Assembly (NCBI GenBank): GCA_034661055.1
Contig: JAYEKO010000015.1
Coordinates: 36,950-100,949 of the forward strand
DNA from: Campylobacterota bacterium
Lineage (GTDB): Bacteria > Campylobacterota > Campylobacteria > Campylobacterales > Sulfurimonadaceae
Direction of reading: 5' to 3'
DNA: 64,000 bases
Shown: one piece after another, positions 61,625-64,000 of the stretch
How positions within the stretch are numbered: position 1 is the stretch's first letter
Layout of the letters: each line of letters opens with the position of its first letter
Position numbers and translations under genes: made by a program
Notes under the pieces: model-generated
What the model saw: only the letters and a program-made list of their open reading frames with translations
Told to the model about the DNA's origin: nothing
Databases searched by the model: none

Positions 61625-61688
61625 TGATAATTGTTATCGTAATCATAGTGAATTTTCACTTATTAATATATTATATTGATAATCATTA
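61625..61688 (-). promoter_or_regulatory. Fur-box-like pair flanking a -10 element
   Basis: Minus strand TAATGATTATCAATATAATA (61688-61669), TATGAT (61647-61642), CGATAACAATTATCA (61639-61625) next to the RBS. Confidence 0.75.
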
Positions 61689-61706
61689 CTAAGTGAAAAT
61701 TAAGTT

Positions 61707-63887
61707 TTAGAAACTCACTCTTGCTCCTGCAAAACAATACCTACCAACATTTGAACCTAAAACATCATCAACTTTACTGCTAAAAATATTGTTAACTCCA
61801 CCATAGACTTCAAATGTTCTACTAATATGATAATTGGCTGTTATATCAACAGTTGTAAACGAGTCAGCAACAGCATCTTCATTTTTACTCTGTGTAGGCG
61901 CTCCTCTGTTAATGACATCTGTATAGTGCTGTTCACCAATATATTTACCAATAAGACCTAGGTGTAGATTTGGTACAGCTACGTAGCTAAAACTCAACAT
62001 AACAGTTCTCTCAGGTTGAAATTCAAGATCTCTTTTTGTCTCTTCATTTTCTGTTTTAAGCTCAGTCCAGAAGAAGTTTGTGCTTAAATTATTTGAAAAA
62101 CTGTAGTTTAGAGATAGCTCCATGCCTCTTGTATTTGCATTAGCAATATTTTCAAATGTGTAAGCCGCTAAAGAGTTATAGCTACCCATAATCTGGGCAA
62201 TCATGTCATTAACTTGATTGTAAAAAAGAACTAAATCGTAGCTTATAACACTATCGTGACCACCTAGTCCGATCTCAAAAGCATTTGTTGACTCTGGTTT
62301 TAGGTCATAGCCCATAACATCAGCACCAACTTGAAGACCATTTGGAGTCTGCTTATAGATATAGAGTTCTCTAATATCTGGTGTACGATATCCCTGTGCG
62401 AAGTTAGCTCTTAGTTTTGCTAAAGAGTGGAACTCATATATACCCCCAAGTCTAATCGTAGGTTCATTATCTGCATTACTAATAGCATCATATCGTACAC
62501 CTAGAACTGCATTAAACTTCTCATTAACTTCCCACTCATCTTGAATATAAACTGATTGGTAATCAACCTCTTTTGTGCTCATAGTGGATGCTTGTGTAAA
62601 TACTGAGGAGCTTCTCTCTTCATCTCTGTATTCAACACCTGTTGTCACCAGATGACTCTCAGAGGCTAAATAGGTAGCAGATAGCTCACCTACTAAAATG
62701 TCAACATCTGCATTCATTCCGTTATGCTCAGAAGATTTTGCATCTGTATAGCCCATATCTTCATACTCAACAGCTCCAGTGCTATTTCTTTTCTCATAAG
62801 AACTACTATAAATGCGAGCTTTGACCTCCAAGTCATCATTAGCTGCATAAGCGATATCTGCACTCAGATCTAAACGATGATTTTCATCAATAGAATATAC
62901 AGGTACATTATAGGTTGGAATAGGTCTGTTTTGCATATTTACGGGTACTCCAGAACTTGGAGTTTTATAGCCACTAGGATGAAAATAACCCACATAAGTA
63001 CCACTTCTCTCTTCATTAAAATAATTAAAATCCACTCCAGCAACTAAGTCAGGTGAAAAATCATAAGATAAACTGGTTCCAAAAGTATATACGGTGCTAT
63101 CTTCTCTGTAAGTTACATCTGTAGGATATTCATCTTTTAATGTCATAGGGTCAATAAAGAGATGTCCACTAGAGGGTTTAGCCTTCCCCATAACAGGACC
63201 ATTCGCAGTAAATACTGGTGATGCTACCCATACATCAGCTGTCTCATTTTGTGTATATGGATCTGTGCTCGTCATACTGGCATAAGTACTATAACCAAAA
63301 GCACTGTCTCTACCTTGAATACTCAAGTTAAGGTTAACATTATCAGCATCACCATCTTCATTTGTTCCGTATCTTGCACCTGCGTCTATTGTCATCTCAT
63401 CAGTTGATTTTTTTGTAATAATATTAATTACACCACCAACAGCATCAGCTCCATAAAGTGAGCTCATAGGACCCTTTACAATCTCAATTCTCTCAATTAT
63501 TGAAGCGGGGATACGATCTAAATCGTAAGGATTAGCTACCTCTCCGGCAACTCTTCTTCCGTCAAGTAAAAAAAGTGTACCATTGGCACTCATACCACGG
63601 ATTGATATAGATGATTTACTTTTTGCAGAGGCACTTGGAAAGGTGCCGTACTGCACATTGATTCCAGGTGTTTTATCTATAATATCTTTTAGGCTCTCAG
63701 CTCCCATCTGCTCTATCTCTTTTTGTGTAACAACTTCAACAGTAGCTGCAACTCCATCTATGCTTTTAGCTGTTTTTGTCGCAATACTTACAACCTCTAT
63801 AGCCTTCATATCTTCTGTAGCATATACAGTAGAACCCATTAATAGTGCTAAAGATGCACTAATAGTAATTTTTTGTAGAGTAGACAT
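61707..63887 (-). CDS. TonB-dependent receptor (CirA/FepA-like plug)
   Basis: IERIEIVKGPMSSLYGADAVGGVINIITKK, LKPE, GVNNIF, C-terminal RVSF. Confidence 0.92.
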   Translation of the reverse strand: MSTLQKITISASLALLMGSTVYATEDMKAIEVVSIATKTAKSIDGVAATVEVVTQKEIEQMGAESLKDIIDKTPGINVQYGTFPSASAKSKSSISIRGMSANGTLFLLDGRRVAGEVANPYDLDRIPASIIERIEIVKGPMSSLYGADAVGGVINIITKKSTDEMTIDAGARYGTNEDGDADNVNLNLSIQGRDSAFGYSTYASMTSTDPYTQNETADVWVASPVFTANGPVMGKAKPSSGHLFIDPMTLKDEYPTDVTYREDSTVYTFGTSLSYDFSPDLVAGVDFNYFNEERSGTYVGYFHPSGYKTPSSGVPVNMQNRPIPTYNVPVYSIDENHRLDLSADIAYAANDDLEVKARIYSSSYEKRNSTGAVEYEDMGYTDAKSSEHNGMNADVDILVGELSATYLASESHLVTTGVEYRDEERSSSVFTQASTMSTKEVDYQSVYIQDEWEVNEKFNAVLGVRYDAISNADNEPTIRLGGIYEFHSLAKLRANFAQGYRTPDIRELYIYKQTPNGLQVGADVMGYDLKPESTNAFEIGLGGHDSVISYDLVLFYNQVNDMIAQIMGSYNSLAAYTFENIANANTRGMELSLNYSFSNNLSTNFFWTELKTENEETKRDLEFQPERTVMLSFSYVAVPNLHLGLIGKYIGEQHYTDVINRGAPTQSKNEDAVADSFTTVDITANYHISRTFEVYGGVNNIFSSKVDDVLGSNVGRYCFAGARVSF

Positions 63888-64000
63888 TTCTACCCCTCCT
63901 TTTTATTTAAATTTATAATTCGGAGTTGCATAATGCCCCTCACAGAACCGTACTTGAAGATTTCCCTCATACGGCTCTTCAACTTAACTCACACATTGTG
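63875..64000 (-). mobile_element. 3' end of a group II intron (domains V and VI); the rest lies beyond the window
   Basis: Minus strand DV GAGCCGTATGAGGGAAATCTTCAAGTACGGTTC (63977-63945) with AGC triad; DVI GAG-GGGCATT...AATGTCT-A-CTC with bulged A (63881) as the 7th nt from a terminal ...CTCTAC (63875). Confidence 0.9.

Noticed and set aside
633..63918. Many 60-160 aa antisense or overlapping ORFs in the track (e.g. 44559-45044, 43136-43465, 53354-53764, 63583-63918)
   Set aside because: They overlap well-supported genes and lack an RBS or recognisable motifs.
63978..64000. C-terminus of the intron-encoded reverse transcriptase
   Set aside because: All three minus-strand frames stop within these 23 nt, too little to identify an ORF; whether the intron encodes a protein cannot be determined here.

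Overview
AT-rich (~36% GC by eye) chromosomal window from a Campylobacterota bacterium, probably Sulfurimonas-like (inferred from gene content and extended TGnTATAAT promoters). Left half: housekeeping genes (purT, ugd-pgi-galU, rpsU/dnaG, rlmN, hisF, rsmA-rnj, thyX, thrS-infC-rpmI-rplT). Middle: a two-component system, an RND efflux operon, c-di-GMP proteins, a porin and a DUF3450/TtpC-type TonB-ExbBD operon with a large TonB-dependent receptor. Right ~17 kb: an iron island (flavodoxins, ApbE, ferritin, FMN-binding protein, truncated Fur, di-heme peroxidase, porin, desaturase-like protein, two imelysins, DHOR, TonB receptor). Signals the ORF track does not explain: (1) the last ~125 nt are domains V-VI of a group II intron whose DVI contains the RBS and ATG of the TonB receptor; (2) the palindrome TTACATGTAA is strongly iterated (14 perfect copies, 22 TACATGTA cores by hand count); (3) three Fur-type promoters share the same two-box layout; (4) two promoters share 11-bp-period pho-box-like repeats; (5) an anticodon-like hairpin in the thrS leader; (6) several unannotated small ORFs or RNAs. 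All calls were made by eye, without database searches.
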